DNA of 64,000 bases, from contig JBAWEQ010000259.1 of the NCBI GenBank assembly GCA_049591295.1, positions 25,812 through 89,811 on the forward strand, written 5' to 3'. How positions within the stretch are numbered: position 1 is the stretch's first letter; each line of letters starts with the position of its first letter. Origin of the DNA: Acidobacteriota bacterium (GTDB lineage Bacteria > Acidobacteriota > UBA4820 > DSQY01). The notes under the pieces are model-generated. The model did not search any database. It saw nothing but the letters and a program-made list of their open reading frames with translations, and was not told the origin of the DNA. The translations under genes were made by a program, and so were the position numbers. This document shows, piece by piece, positions 17,125 to 28,335 of the stretch.

Positions 17125-20100
17125 CTACTCTCCACCCTCCATCGTCTTTCGCGTCCCCTGCTCGCTTCCACCCACCATCAGCGGAAGCACGACGGTGAAG
17201 GTGGAACCGGGCGGCGGATCGTTGTTGACGGCGTGGACGGTGCCGTGATGGGCCTGGACGATCTTTCGAACGATGGCGAGCCCCAGCCCAGTGCCCCCCT
17301 GGCGGCCCGTCTGGAAGGGCTGGAAGAGCCTGGGAAACAGCTCGCCTGCAATGCCCGGGCCCTCGTCGGCGACGGTGACGACGGCGTGCTCCTCCTCGCA
17401 CCGGGCGTGGACCATCACCCGCCCCCCGGGCGGCGTGAAGGAGACGGCATTTTCCATCAGGTTCAGAAATACCTGGACGAGCTTGTCGGAGGAGCCCATG
17501 ACCGCGAGCGGCCCGGAGGGCAGTTCCAGCGCGCACGGGCATTCCCCTGAGGCGCTCTTGAGCGCCAGCTCGAAGCACTGGCGCAGAACCTCTTCCAGGC
17601 GCACGGGCACGAAGGCCGCCTCTTCCACGGGTCTGCCGAGGGTGAGCAGGTCGTTCATGAGCGTGTTCAGGCGGCGGGTCTGGTCGAGGATGTGGCCGAC
17701 GTACTCGCCGAACTCTCGGTGGTCTTTGAGCTTGCGCTCCAGCGCCGTGACGATGGTCGTGATAGCGAAGAGGGGGTTGCGCACTTCGTGGGCCACGCCG
17801 CCGGCGATCATCCCCACCGTCTCCAGGTTCTTGGCGCGGGCCAGCGCCTCCTCCAGCTCCTTGCGCTCCGTGATATCGATGCAGGTCCCCTCGATGAGCG
17901 GAGGGCCTCCCGCCTCGTCCTCCACCAGGGCGGCGCTCTCCAGGAGCCAGAGAGGGCGGCCGTCCCTTCGCCGGTAGCGCATTTCGAGGTTGGTCACGGT
18001 CCGCTCGCGCAGCATCTTCTCCCGAAAGGCCGCGAGGTCAGCCGGAGCCGCGTAAAAGGACTCCGCCGGGAGGAGTACGGCCTCGTCGGGAGACTCGAAA
18101 CCGAACATCTTGGCGAAGGCCTGGTTGCACTCCGTGAGACCCCCACCCATCCTGCTGCGGTAGATTCCCGCGACGTTCCGTTCGAAGAAGTGGCGGTAGC
18201 GCCGCTCCGATTCCGCGAGCCGCTCCTCGGCCCGCTTGCGTTCGGTGATGTCGTAAGCGGTACAGAGAACGGCCTTCTCGCCGCGCAGGTCGCAGGCCGC
18301 GGCGGTGAAGTCGATCCAGCGAGCCTGTCCCCCCTTCGCCACCACGCGGAACTCGTAGCGCGGCGATGCGCTTCCTCCCCGCCCGCGGACCTGAAGGTTT
18401 GCCCGCACCATGGGCAGATCTTCGGGGTGGACGATGGAGAGCACGCTTCGGCCCAGCAGCTCCTCCGCTTCGTAGCCCGTGAGGCGGCAGACCTCGGGGT
18501 TGGCATAGACGAACTCTTCGCCGCGGTAGACGAAGATGGCGGCGTGGGCCGACTCGGCGAGCGTCTGGAAGGTGGCCCGGCTCTCCTCCAGCTCGGCCTC
18601 GGCCTTCGCCCGCTTCAGCCGGTCCTCCAGCGCCTCCTCGGCGAAGGCGAGGTCGGAGACGAGGCCCGAGAGCAGCTCCACGAGCTCGGGAAAGTAGGCC
18701 TCGCGCTCGCCCGAGTAGACGGCCAGCACCCCCTCCACCTCGCCGCGCACCACGATGGGGAAGCTCGCCACCGAGCGAAAGCCGTGGCGCTCCATGATGC
18801 TGCTCCACGGCGAGAAGCGCGCCTCGCTCAGAAGGTCCTGGTGGAGCGAGGGGCGCTCCGTCCTCGCGGCGGTCCCCATGGAGCCCTGGCCGAGGGGGCT
18901 CTCGTCCCAGCTGACCTCGATGGTCTGGATCTCCTCCAGCGTCATGCCGTAGGCAGCGGCCGGGGCCAGCCGAAAGGTGCCAGGCTGTTTGAGGCCGATC
19001 CAGGCCATCTTCAGCCCCGCCTCCTGCACGAGCAGGCGGCAGACGGTCTGACGCAGCACCTCGATGCTCCCGGCCCTCACCATGGCCTGCTGAGCCTGCA
19101 CCTGCGTGGCCAGCACGCGGGCCAGGAGGGCCTCGCGTGCCTGGGTCCGCTCGCGTTCGGCGAGGGTCCGGCCCAGCTCCAGGAGGCGCCTGTGCCGCAA
19201 GTAGGCGTATAGGAACGCGCCGCCGATGAGGAAGACGGCGAGAAGAAGGAAGGAGCCGACCGCCAGGGCGCGGCGATAGGGGGCCATGGCCTCCCAGCGC
19301 CCCACTTTGACGACGAGCCCCCAACCGGGCCCGGGAAGATATTTCGTGGCAGCCAGCACCTCCGTGCCATCCAGATCGTGGAACAGGCCGAAGGTCTCCG
19401 TGCCCGCAGCGGCCTTGGAGACCGCCAAGGAGGCGGCCGGCTCCGCCACGAGCCGTCCCGCTGCGCCCTCGCGCGAGGGGCTCAACAGGCGCACCCCCGC
19501 CCCCTCCCGCTTCACCAGCAGGCACTCGCCGCTCCCCGTGGGGAAGGGCTGCTTGGCCAAGAAGGGAAACAGCCAGTGCGCAGGGTCCGACAGAAGAAGC
19601 AGCGCCACTGGGCCGGCGGGCTCTCGCACCACCTGCACCGTTGCCACCAGAGGTCGTCCCGTCTCGTCCAGGAAACGCTGCCGGGGAGCGGTGTCACTCT
19701 CACCAGCCTCCCGTGCGAAGGCAAGCGCCTGCCGGGAGGGCCGCATCCCCGCCCACGTCACCGGGTCTCCGCCGCTTCCCACGAGCGCCGCTCCCACGTA
19801 GTGGTCGTGGCGGACCATGTCCGCGAGGATCTCCCGCAGATGAGCGGCTTCCGCTTCTTGCTCCGGTCCCGCGGAAGCGGTGGCCAGGTGGCGGACGATG
19901 GGAAAGAAGGAGAGCGTCACGGCGTCCTCTTGCCGCTCGTCGAGCCACCGAAGAACCGTAGCCTCGCGGTCCTGCGCCACGGCCGTGAGCCGCCCCTGCC
20001 AGAGGGCGAGAGTCTGAAGGCGTTGCCAGTGGGCGAAGAGAAGGAATAGCACCACCGCCAACGACGCGCCGCCCAAGAGCAGGGCCGCCCCTCTCGGTAC

Positions 20101-20148
20101 AGATTCTGGGGGCCGTTCCGTGGCGGGTTGTCCCGACCTTTCCCCCAT
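17125..20148 (-). CDS. Multi-sensor signal transduction histidine kinase (periplasmic sensor, GAF, PAS x2, HisKA, HATPase_c)
   Basis: 1007 aa with an N-terminal TM-flanked sensor, PAS/GAF blocks, an H-box, and N/G1/G2 boxes at the C-terminus (GGTGLGLAIVRKIV). No response regulator is adjacent. Confidence 0.8.
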   Translation of the reverse strand: MGERSGQPATERPPESVPRGAALLLGGASLAVVLFLLFAHWQRLQTLALWQGRLTAVAQDREATVLRWLDERQEDAVTLSFFPIVRHLATASAGPEQEAEAAHLREILADMVRHDHYVGAALVGSGGDPVTWAGMRPSRQALAFAREAGESDTAPRQRFLDETGRPLVATVQVVREPAGPVALLLLSDPAHWLFPFLAKQPFPTGSGECLLVKREGAGVRLLSPSREGAAGRLVAEPAASLAVSKAAAGTETFGLFHDLDGTEVLAATKYLPGPGWGLVVKVGRWEAMAPYRRALAVGSFLLLAVFLIGGAFLYAYLRHRRLLELGRTLAERERTQAREALLARVLATQVQAQQAMVRAGSIEVLRQTVCRLLVQEAGLKMAWIGLKQPGTFRLAPAAAYGMTLEEIQTIEVSWDESPLGQGSMGTAARTERPSLHQDLLSEARFSPWSSIMERHGFRSVASFPIVVRGEVEGVLAVYSGEREAYFPELVELLSGLVSDLAFAEEALEDRLKRAKAEAELEESRATFQTLAESAHAAIFVYRGEEFVYANPEVCRLTGYEAEELLGRSVLSIVHPEDLPMVRANLQVRGRGGSASPRYEFRVVAKGGQARWIDFTAAACDLRGEKAVLCTAYDITERKRAEERLAESERRYRHFFERNVAGIYRSRMGGGLTECNQAFAKMFGFESPDEAVLLPAESFYAAPADLAAFREKMLRERTVTNLEMRYRRRDGRPLWLLESAALVEDEAGGPPLIEGTCIDITERKELEEALARAKNLETVGMIAGGVAHEVRNPLFAITTIVTALERKLKDHREFGEYVGHILDQTRRLNTLMNDLLTLGRPVEEAAFVPVRLEEVLRQCFELALKSASGECPCALELPSGPLAVMGSSDKLVQVFLNLMENAVSFTPPGGRVMVHARCEEEHAVVTVADEGPGIAGELFPRLFQPFQTGRQGGTGLGLAIVRKIVQAHHGTVHAVNNDPPPGSTFTVVLPLMVGGSEQGTRKTMEGGE

Positions 20149-20416
20149 CGCCCCCTCGCCTGGAAAGTTTGCCCATCAGGGTCTATCGAGACTTTCTGCC
20201 GGCTCCCTGGGGTCCATCCGGTTGTGCGGCTATCGTAACACCAATGGCCTCTGCCCACTCAAGGCGGGGCCTTGGCCCCAAATCCCGCGATGCCATTTCG
20301 CCCGTGGGAGCGCCGCCCCGGCGCGACAGGCCGTTTACGAGGCGCCGGTCATGGTTCTGAGGGCGGCACGACTCTGCCTACTAGCCTTACTCCCCTTGTC
20401 CCCCGTCCCCTGTCCC

Positions 20417-21127
20417 CTATTCCCCCGCTATTCGCCTCAGCTCTTCCACGTCCAGCAGGCGGAAACAGCCCCTGCCTTCTCGTTCGATGAGGCCCTCCCG
20501 CCGAAGTCTGGCGAGGGCGCGGGAGAGGTTTTCCGGAGCCAGGTGGAGCGTGCGTGCGAACTCTTCCTGCGTGAAGGGGAGCCGGGCGTAGGCGACTCCG
20601 ATGCCGGAGGCCGTGCTTTCAACGAGGGCGAGCAGTCCCCGCGCCGTCCGATCGAGAGCTCCCTGTTGCCCCACGAGGCTGAGCTGGTCCAGACAGCCCC
20701 GCAGCCGGCCGGCGAGGTAGGCCATGAGGTGGGTGCAGAAGGTGGGGTTCTCGTGGATGAAGCCCAGGAAGGCCGCCCGGTCGAGTTCCTGAATCGCCGA
20801 TGGCTCGAGAGCCTCCACGGAGAGCGGCCTGGGGCCGCCATCCAAGAGCGGAAGGAAACCGAAGAACTCCCTGGGCTTGATCACGAAGACCGTGATCTCA
20901 CGGCCGTCGGGCAGGCGCCGGAAGGCCTTCAGGCGCCCGTCGGCCACGACGAAGAAGGAACCCCCGGTCTCTCCCTCCAGGAAGACGACGGCTCCTTTAT
21001 CCAGTCGCCTGGGCCTGAAGAGGGCAGCCAGGCTCCGCGACCCTTCCGGCCCTAGATGGGCGAAGGGCGTCTGTGCGATCAATTCCAACAACGGTACTTC
21101 GGGCGTCATCTCGCCTCTCTCCTCCAC
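20417..21127 (-). CDS. Crp/Fnr-family transcriptional regulator
   Basis: cNMP-binding beta-roll followed by a C-terminal HTH (EEFARTLHLAPENLSRALARLRREGLI). Confidence 0.8.
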   Translation of the reverse strand: MEERGEMTPEVPLLELIAQTPFAHLGPEGSRSLAALFRPRRLDKGAVVFLEGETGGSFFVVADGRLKAFRRLPDGREITVFVIKPREFFGFLPLLDGGPRPLSVEALEPSAIQELDRAAFLGFIHENPTFCTHLMAYLAGRLRGCLDQLSLVGQQGALDRTARGLLALVESTASGIGVAYARLPFTQEEFARTLHLAPENLSRALARLRREGLIEREGRGCFRLLDVEELRRIAGE

Positions 21128-21239
21128 CCGGCTCCTTTCCCTTTGGCATATCTCCCAATCCCGCGGCGCGTCGGGAGCCTCCTCCCGGCCCGCGCGCGAC
21201 CTCCCGCCTCGCTCCGGATTGGCAGGGAGCCGTCCGGCT

Positions 21240-22067
21240 TCACGTCCCCTTCACGGCCCTGACCTTCACGCTCACCACCGATTCGGCGGCCGTGGCCACG
21301 TCCTCGGCGGGCAGTCCCTCGGCCAGCGCGGCCAGCTCCGAGGTGTCGGGATTGCTGGAACCGATGGAGTAGGGAGCCTCGCCCACCAGCTCGACCTCGC
21401 TGAAGCCGGCCTCGGCCATGGCTCGGAGGTACTCCTCCTTGAGCATGGCTCCCGAAATGCAGCCGGCGTAGGCTTCGACGGATCCTCGGACGCTCTCGGG
21501 TAGTGGCCGCAAGAGCACGAGATCGGACACCATGAGCCGGCCGCCCGCCTTGAGGACCCGCAAGGCCTCGCGGAAGACTTGCGGCTTGTCGGTGGAGAGG
21601 TTGATGACGCAGTTGGAGATGATCATGTCGGCGGAGGCGTCCGCCACGGGCAGGTGCTCGATCTCGCCCAGGCGGAACTCCACGTTGGCAAGGCCGGCCT
21701 TCGAGGCGTTGGCTCGGGCCCGCTCGATCATCTCCGGAGTCATGTCCACTCCGATGACGCGCCCTGCCGTCCCCACGCGGTGCGCGGCGAGGAAGCAGTC
21801 GAAGCCCGCTCCAGAACCCAGGTCCACTACCGTTTCGCCCTCCCTGAGGTCCGACAGGGCCAGGGGGTTCCCGCAGCCCAGGCCCAGATTGGCGCCCTCC
21901 GGCACCGCACTCAGGTCTTCCCGGCTGTAGCCGATGGCCTCGCCCACTGCGCTGGCGGAACCGGGACCGCAACAGCCCGGCGCGGCTGGGCCGCAGCACG
22001 GCGAGCCACCCCTGGCCACATCAGCGTAGTGCTCTCGAACCGACCTCTTGATCGAATCATCGTTCAT
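21240..22067 (-). CDS. arsM: Arsenite S-adenosylmethionine methyltransferase
   Basis: The N-terminal MNDDSIKRSVREHYADVAR matches the ArsM family. It has paired Cys (CCGP...CCGP), SAM-binding motif I (VVDLGSGAGFD), and a conserved Cys near residue 170 (SNCVINL). Confidence 0.8.
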   Translation of the reverse strand: MNDDSIKRSVREHYADVARGGSPCCGPAAPGCCGPGSASAVGEAIGYSREDLSAVPEGANLGLGCGNPLALSDLREGETVVDLGSGAGFDCFLAAHRVGTAGRVIGVDMTPEMIERARANASKAGLANVEFRLGEIEHLPVADASADMIISNCVINLSTDKPQVFREALRVLKAGGRLMVSDLVLLRPLPESVRGSVEAYAGCISGAMLKEEYLRAMAEAGFSEVELVGEAPYSIGSSNPDTSELAALAEGLPAEDVATAAESVVSVKVRAVKGT

Positions 22068-22216
22068 GCCGGACTCCCTTCACGATCTCTCAGTGCACTC
22101 CAACCTGTTCAAGGAGGAGACGGAGAGAGGAGAAAATGGTTCTCCGCCGCCTCGCCCTTCCGCCGCTCCCTTGTTGCGATTCTCCTCCCTCATTCCCCAC
22201 GGTGCGGCCTCTTTCG

Positions 22217-22641
22217 TCACAGCGCCAGCTCGCGCCGCACGAGGGGCACGACCTTCTCGCGGATCAGGTCGCGCACGCGCCGGAATTCCGTGAGCGCCGC
22301 TTCTCCCTGGGTGCCGAAGGGAGCCGGATCGGGGATGGATGCGTGGACCTGCCGGGCCGCCCCCGGAAAGGCCGGGCACGCCTCATGGGCGGCATCGCAG
22401 ACGGTGGCCACCAGATCGAAGGACTGTTCCCAGTATTCCGAGACCGATTTGCTGCGGTGGCCGCAGAGGTCCACACCCGCCTCGGCCATGACCGCCACGG
22501 CGAGGGGGTGGACCGCGGTGGGTTTTGTGCCCGCGGAAAACACCTCGACGAAATCTCCCAGATCGTGGCGCACCCAACCTTCAGCCATTTGAGACCGGCA
22601 GGAGTTGCCGGTGCACAGGATCAACACGCGCCTTTTCCCGC

Positions 22642-22645
<4 letters not shown>
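22217..22645 (-). CDS. arsC: Arsenate reductase, LMW-PTP/thioredoxin-coupled type
   Basis: 142 aa with a CTGNSCRS P-loop and downstream Cys82/Cys89-type residues. It is the C-terminal portion of the 366-aa ORF in the track. Its ATG overlaps the acr3 stop (ATGA). Confidence 0.8.
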
Positions 22646-23702
<1,057 letters not shown>

Positions 23703-23706
<4 letters not shown>

Positions 23707-24113
23707 GGCCGGCCTCCAGCCGAGACGACGCCCGCCTTGCTCCGTGGACTGGATTCGTCGGAGCATCTTGCCGGCCGATCCTTCGCCTTCTCCCGCCCGG
23801 CCTGTTTGAGGTCCCGCCCGGCTTCCGGATCCTTGACCAGCGCCTTCTCGATGAGCCTCAGCAGCCGCCTCCGCGCGGGATCCTTCTTGATCCCCCTGGC
23901 GATCTCGTAGAAGACCCACTTGCCCCGCTTCTCGTCCTCGATGAGGCACGCGTTCTTGAGCACCGACAGGTGCTTGCTGATAGTGGGCTGGGTGAGATCT
24001 AGAACCGCCACGATCTGGCAGACGCATAGCGGGCCTTCGGCCAGCATATGGAGGATCCGAAGCCTGCTGCGATCCCCGGCCGCCTTTAGCGTGCTTTCCA
24101 GTTCCCTGTACAT
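23703..24113 (-). CDS. arsR: ArsR-family arsenic-responsive repressor
   Basis: HTH_5 domain with an LCVCQI metal(loid)-binding motif. Its 4-nt overlap with acr3 indicates an operon. Confidence 0.8.
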
Positions 24114-24285
24114 TGGTCCTCCTCATATCGTCATATTGGAATATAACGGTGCAAACGGAGGAAGGCAAGTGATGATTTTGCCAGAGGACCCGCTATGCGC
24201 TCCGGGCGAGGCCATCCCCCACTCGGGCACAGCCCGCATCACGGCCTGCGGGTCGTCGCGGAGGGGAAGACTCTGGAAATACCCC

Positions 24286-24987
24286 CTAGGTTCGCCAGCC
24301 GCAGCCGAAGGCGATGGGAAGCCGGACGCGTGATGGCCCGCCCATCTCCATGGCCTTCCGCAGAAGGGTCCCCTCCTCGCTGCCCAGCGTTCCCGTGGAG
24401 ACGAGGAACTCGATCTCCCAGTCGGTCTCCTGTGGATCCTCTGTGGATACCCACTCCCCTGGTGTTTCGCACAGGTCCGGCCTGAATGCCGCTTGCCAAA
24501 GCCAGCCAGCCAGCCGGCTTCCCGCGTCGGGGTGCCCCCCGGCTCTTCGGACGGCGGCCCTCAGGGCCGCGCCCAGTCCGGCGTCCGGCTCATCCTCGCG
24601 GCGAGTGAGATCGGGCTCGGAAAGGATCATCGCCACGCCGCCCGGCGCGAGCACGCGGTGGGCCTCCCTCAGGCAGGCGACTGGATCATTCAACCAGAGG
24701 AGCACGAAGTGGAAGGCCACCGCGTCGAAGGACCCGTCGGCGAAGGGCAGGGCCGCCGCCGTGCCCGCGACCGGGATGACTCCGGCCGCCCCGTGAATGG
24801 CCGGTTCCAGGTCCAGCGCCCATACCTTCCGGCCCATGCGGGAGGCCATCTCCGCCGCGACCTCTCCGCCTCCGGCTCCCACATCGAGGACTCGGCGCCG
24901 CAAGGAGAGCCGGGCCTTCCGGTAGACGGCCAGGCGAATGGGGCGGGTCCGAGCGAACTGATACGGCGACGGCCTGAGCGTATTCAA
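24286..24987 (-). CDS. Class I SAM-dependent methyltransferase (Methyltransf_11-like)
   Basis: Motif I VLDVGAGGG and the post-I acidic residue pattern; 233 aa. Confidence 0.65.
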   Translation of the reverse strand: MNTLRPSPYQFARTRPIRLAVYRKARLSLRRRVLDVGAGGGEVAAEMASRMGRKVWALDLEPAIHGAAGVIPVAGTAAALPFADGSFDAVAFHFVLLWLNDPVACLREAHRVLAPGGVAMILSEPDLTRREDEPDAGLGAALRAAVRRAGGHPDAGSRLAGWLWQAAFRPDLCETPGEWVSTEDPQETDWEIEFLVSTGTLGSEEGTLLRKAMEMGGPSRVRLPIAFGCGWRT

Positions 24988-25020
24988 CTTCCCTCCCCGG
25001 GCCGCTACCTGGCTCGCCCC

Positions 25021-25818
25021 CTATCGGAAGAAGTAGAGTCCGAAGGCCGCCGCCACGACGAAGCGGTAGTAGGCGAAGGGGGTGAGCTTCACCCGCACCA
25101 GGAGGCGCAGGAACCAGACCACGGCCAGCCACCCGACGACGAAGGAGACCAGGAAGCCCACCGCGAACATCCCGACGTCCGAGGAGGGCAGGCTCGAGGC
25201 GCTCTTGAAGAGGTCGAGGCCCGTGGCGGCCACCATGACGGGCACGGCAAGCATGAAGGAGAAGTCCGCCGCGGCGCGCAACCCGAGGCCGAGCAGGAGG
25301 GCCCCCGCGATGGTGGCGCCCGAGCGCGAGAAGCCCGGCCAGAGGGCGAGGCACTGGAAGCAGCCGATGCCGAGGGCCTGGAGGTAGGTGACGGAATCCG
25401 CCGTGGGGGCGGAGACCGGCCGCGGGAACCGTTCCACGAGAATCATCCAGATCCCCCCTCCCACGAGGCCTATGAGGACCGTGGTGGGTGTGAATAGGTA
25501 GGCCTTGATGGCGTGGAAGCCCAGCAACCCGACCACCGAGGCGGGAATCATGCCGAGGGCCATGTGCCAGACGTTGAGCCCCCCCTGGTCCCGCTTGAAG
25601 TGCCAGCGCCAAAGGATCTGCCAGAGGTGTCGCCGGTAGAGCCAGGCCACCGCCAGGATGGCGCCGAGCTGGATGAAGATCTCGAAACTCTTGGAGGCCT
25701 CGCCGGTGAAGCCCAGAAGGCTACCGGTGAGGATCAGGTGGCCAGTGGACGAGACGGGGATGAACTCCGTGAGTCCCTCCACGATGCCCTGGATGATCGC
25801 GATGAGATAGGGATTCAT
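25021..25818 (-). CDS. uppP: Undecaprenyl-diphosphate phosphatase
   Basis: BacA/UppP family with FIPVSSTGHL and SRSGATI motifs and eight TM helices. Confidence 0.85.
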   Translation of the reverse strand: MNPYLIAIIQGIVEGLTEFIPVSSTGHLILTGSLLGFTGEASKSFEIFIQLGAILAVAWLYRRHLWQILWRWHFKRDQGGLNVWHMALGMIPASVVGLLGFHAIKAYLFTPTTVLIGLVGGGIWMILVERFPRPVSAPTADSVTYLQALGIGCFQCLALWPGFSRSGATIAGALLLGLGLRAAADFSFMLAVPVMVAATGLDLFKSASSLPSSDVGMFAVGFLVSFVVGWLAVVWFLRLLVRVKLTPFAYYRFVVAAAFGLYFFR

Positions 25819-25947
25819 GGGACCTGCCTCCCTCCGTGCACCCCGCGCCGACGTCGGAGGCCAACTCGGCGCCCCTGGCCGGGAACAGGCTACTTTATCC
25901 CGCGGCCCCTGGCTTGAAAAGGTGGCGCCCCGCCGGCCATCTCGGCC

Positions 25948-27633
25948 TCAGGGCCTCGGTACGGCCTTGGCCATCCAACGCTTCACCGAGCGGTAGAGGC
26001 CGGGAGGGAAAGCCCCATTCATGAGCGGCGGCCAGCCTACCGCGCCGCCGGGCCCCATCACGACGGGCCCGCCCGCTTCGCCCAGCGGAAAGGGGGCGTA
26101 GATCAGATCCGCCGATCCCAAAGCGAACTCCGTGGTCATCAGGAGGCGCAGGACCATGGGGTTGAGCCGCACCTGCGCCTGGTTCGGCAGGAACTCCGCC
26201 AGCAGGCGAGGCGCCAGCGGAACCCAATCGGCGGGTTCGAGCGCCGGCGGAAGGACCCGGTCCGTCTTACCCAGCGCTATCTCCAGGACGAGCCGGGCCT
26301 CCTCCGCCTCCGCGGCCGGGGCGGCCAGGCCCGCAGCCGCCGAGAGCGACCAGCCGCCGTATCCCTGATACGCCAGCGTGTCGAAGGCGGGTACGCAGAA
26401 GGCGCCTGACAGGCCGGCAGGAGCCGCTCCCTCCCCGAGCACGGCATCCAGCAACTGGAAGGGCGTCGAGTACCGCTTGCCGTCCAGCGTGAAGGTGCCC
26501 TCGATCCGCCAGAAGGGGAGCCAGGCACGGCCCCCTTCGCCGGGCGCGTCGCCGAACCAGCCCTGTCCGACGGTGCGATAGGGAATCACCTGGAGCCCGC
26601 CGGGCGCCGCCCGCAGCATCCGCCCGCAGTTGCCGCATAGCTGATGCTCCGTACCTCCCTGCGGGCTTACGTCCCATCCGCACTCAGGGCAGCGGAAGGC
26701 CACCACGTGGATCGCGGGCGGCCGGACGTCATCGGGGCCCATCACCGGCCAGTCCTTCGCTGCAGCGCGCTCCACCTCCTCCGCTTTGGGGTAACCCGCC
26801 AGCGTGCGGAATTGACCGTCCAGGAGGAACCAGCCCAATCCCTCCGGCGTGCTCGCCTGCACGTAGTAGTAGGGCCGGTAGACCCACCATGCATGAGAAG
26901 CGAACACTTCGGAGTCAAAGAAGATGGGCGCAAGATCGGGTTCCAGGAGCCTGCCCTGCCGCAGCCAGCGTTTCGCGACGCGGCCGGGGTCCGCGTCGGC
27001 CGCCTGGGGCCGCATGAAGCGATGCTTCGCCAGGTCCTCGCCGGACAGGGGACGGAAGCGGAGGTGGGAGACCCACAGACCGGCATCCCTGAAATTCCAA
27101 TCGCTTCCGTAGGCGGGCAACAGATCATCGGCCACGTAAAAGAGGGATTGGAAGGCCTTCCGATCCGCCGGCGGCACGCGACCCAGAACGTGAAAGCCCA
27201 GGGACACCGACACCATGAGGTAGGGCGCGTAGATCCTGGTGTAGCCCCTGAGGGCGAACAGGCCCCGGCGCTTCGCCTTGATCTCGGCCAGGGCTGGAAG
27301 GTTTGCCTCCTGCATGTCCGTCAGGAGCGAGGGGGCATCGTTGCGCCGCGACTGTTGTTGGGCGATCCCAGCCAGGCGCGCCTGCTCCCGGACGGCGTCG
27401 TAGGTCTGGAGCACGTCGAGCAAGTCGTCCCGGGATCGGATGCGGTCCTCGGCCAGAAGGAAGCGCCTCTCTCCCTCCGGTTCCGGCCAGAGGAGGCGCG
27501 AGTCGCAGTAGGAGCAGACGTTCAGCCGCTGCAGAAGCCCCCAGCGGTTCTCTCCCCCGCAGTTGGGACAGGCCGCCCAGACCTCGTGATCGAGCGCCCC
27601 TGATCCCTCTCCCCGTCCCGCCTCCTCCGCCAT
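25948..27633 (-). CDS. Hypothetical protein with two zinc-ribbon modules (start at MAEEAGRG with a strong GGAGGGA RBS; ORF maximum extends to 27831)
   Basis: CPNCGG...CSYC near the N-terminus and CPECGW...CGNCG mid-protein. No recognisable catalytic motifs. Codon bias is consistent with a coding sequence. Confidence 0.5.
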   Translation of the reverse strand: MAEEAGRGEGSGALDHEVWAACPNCGGENRWGLLQRLNVCSYCDSRLLWPEPEGERRFLLAEDRIRSRDDLLDVLQTYDAVREQARLAGIAQQQSRRNDAPSLLTDMQEANLPALAEIKAKRRGLFALRGYTRIYAPYLMVSVSLGFHVLGRVPPADRKAFQSLFYVADDLLPAYGSDWNFRDAGLWVSHLRFRPLSGEDLAKHRFMRPQAADADPGRVAKRWLRQGRLLEPDLAPIFFDSEVFASHAWWVYRPYYYVQASTPEGLGWFLLDGQFRTLAGYPKAEEVERAAAKDWPVMGPDDVRPPAIHVVAFRCPECGWDVSPQGGTEHQLCGNCGRMLRAAPGGLQVIPYRTVGQGWFGDAPGEGGRAWLPFWRIEGTFTLDGKRYSTPFQLLDAVLGEGAAPAGLSGAFCVPAFDTLAYQGYGGWSLSAAAGLAAPAAEAEEARLVLEIALGKTDRVLPPALEPADWVPLAPRLLAEFLPNQAQVRLNPMVLRLLMTTEFALGSADLIYAPFPLGEAGGPVVMGPGGAVGWPPLMNGAFPPGLYRSVKRWMAKAVPRP

Positions 27634-28028
27634 GCTCCCTCCGCCGGATCCCATCGGGGTCCGGGCCTTGAGGTTAGCACAGTCGGTGTCATCAGCGATG
27701 GCCGCCGATCCTGCCGAGGGCCTCCTGGAAATGGGGAGAGCCCCTGTTCTCCACGTGGGTTCCGCCATCCAGGGCAGCCCTCCCTTCGTCCGTTCCGACC
27801 CATCCTCGATGGGTGTGCCGCTTCGGCACATCCGGGCCCCGATGCCCCGGCCGCTTTGGCACGGTTCATCCCTTCACATTTCACAATGAGCTGAAAAAAC
27901 GTCATTTCCCCTCCTCGGGGGAACTGGCATGCGTGATGCATTCAAGAAAACCTTCGGTGCCGAGGACAACGTCCCAGGCGCCGAGAGGTTCGGCCCCTCC
28001 GAACCCAATCCCTCCCTCCCCTTCCACA

Positions 28029-28050
28029 GGCCCGCCCGCAAGGGCGGGCC
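28029..28050 (+). other. GC-rich stem-loop GCCCGCCC-GCAA-GGGCGGGC (GNRA-like loop) within a long intergenic region
   Basis: 8-bp perfect stem with a GCAA tetraloop followed by CGCCCCATTTCT. No upstream gene on either strand for it to terminate. Confidence 0.35.
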
Positions 28051-28135
28051 GCCCCATTTCTAGGGGCGTGCCCCGTGCTTGAGGAAGAGACTCGGCCCCG
28101 CTTTCGATCACCAGCCGCGCGCTGGGCCCGTGCTA

Positions 28136-28335
28136 GTGCGCTGTCTCTAAAATGGGTTGACCATTGAAGCATGTGAGAGACAGCACACGGAGGGGTGCTG
28201 GGAGGAAGCCTCCCCGCTCCTTCGGGGTAACAGCCCCCGCGGGCGGACGCCCTAGGGGCGGAGCCCCTTGGGAAGTGTTGTGTCCCAGGAAAAAGCCATG
28301 GTAAACACAATCCAGGGACACAACACTAGCATGGA
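28136..28335 (+). ncRNA. Candidate structured RNA / 5' leader upstream of 28353 (series of stable hairpins, two mutually exclusive)
   Basis: Hairpin 28140-28184 (GCTGTCTCT...AGAGACAGC), GGGAGG-aagc-CCTCCC at 28198-28214 competing with CCCCG-ctcctt-CGGGG at 28212-28227, and a 15-bp stem GTGTTGTGTCCCAGG/CCAGGGACACAACAC at 28275-28326 ending 9 nt before the RBS. None of the ORFs in this region look like genes. Confidence 0.35.

Noticed and set aside
24114-24285. ATATTGGAATATAA near-palindrome upstream of arsR as an operator
   Set aside because: Only 5 of 8 positions are symmetric. Too weak to call without binding data.
27868-27885. TGGCACGGTTCATCCC as a sigma-54 promoter
   Set aside because: The -24 TGGCAC is present, but the -12 element (TTGCW) is not at the right spacing.
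28136-28335. Assignment of the hairpin-rich leader to SRP RNA, RNase P RNA, tmRNA or a specific riboswitch class
   Set aside because: Conserved cores are absent (GGAAAGTCCGGGC for RNase P, the GNRA-capped domain IV of SRP, the tRNA-like tmRNA ends). GGGAGGAAGCCTCCC resembles SRP only superficially. Kept as a structured RNA of unknown class.
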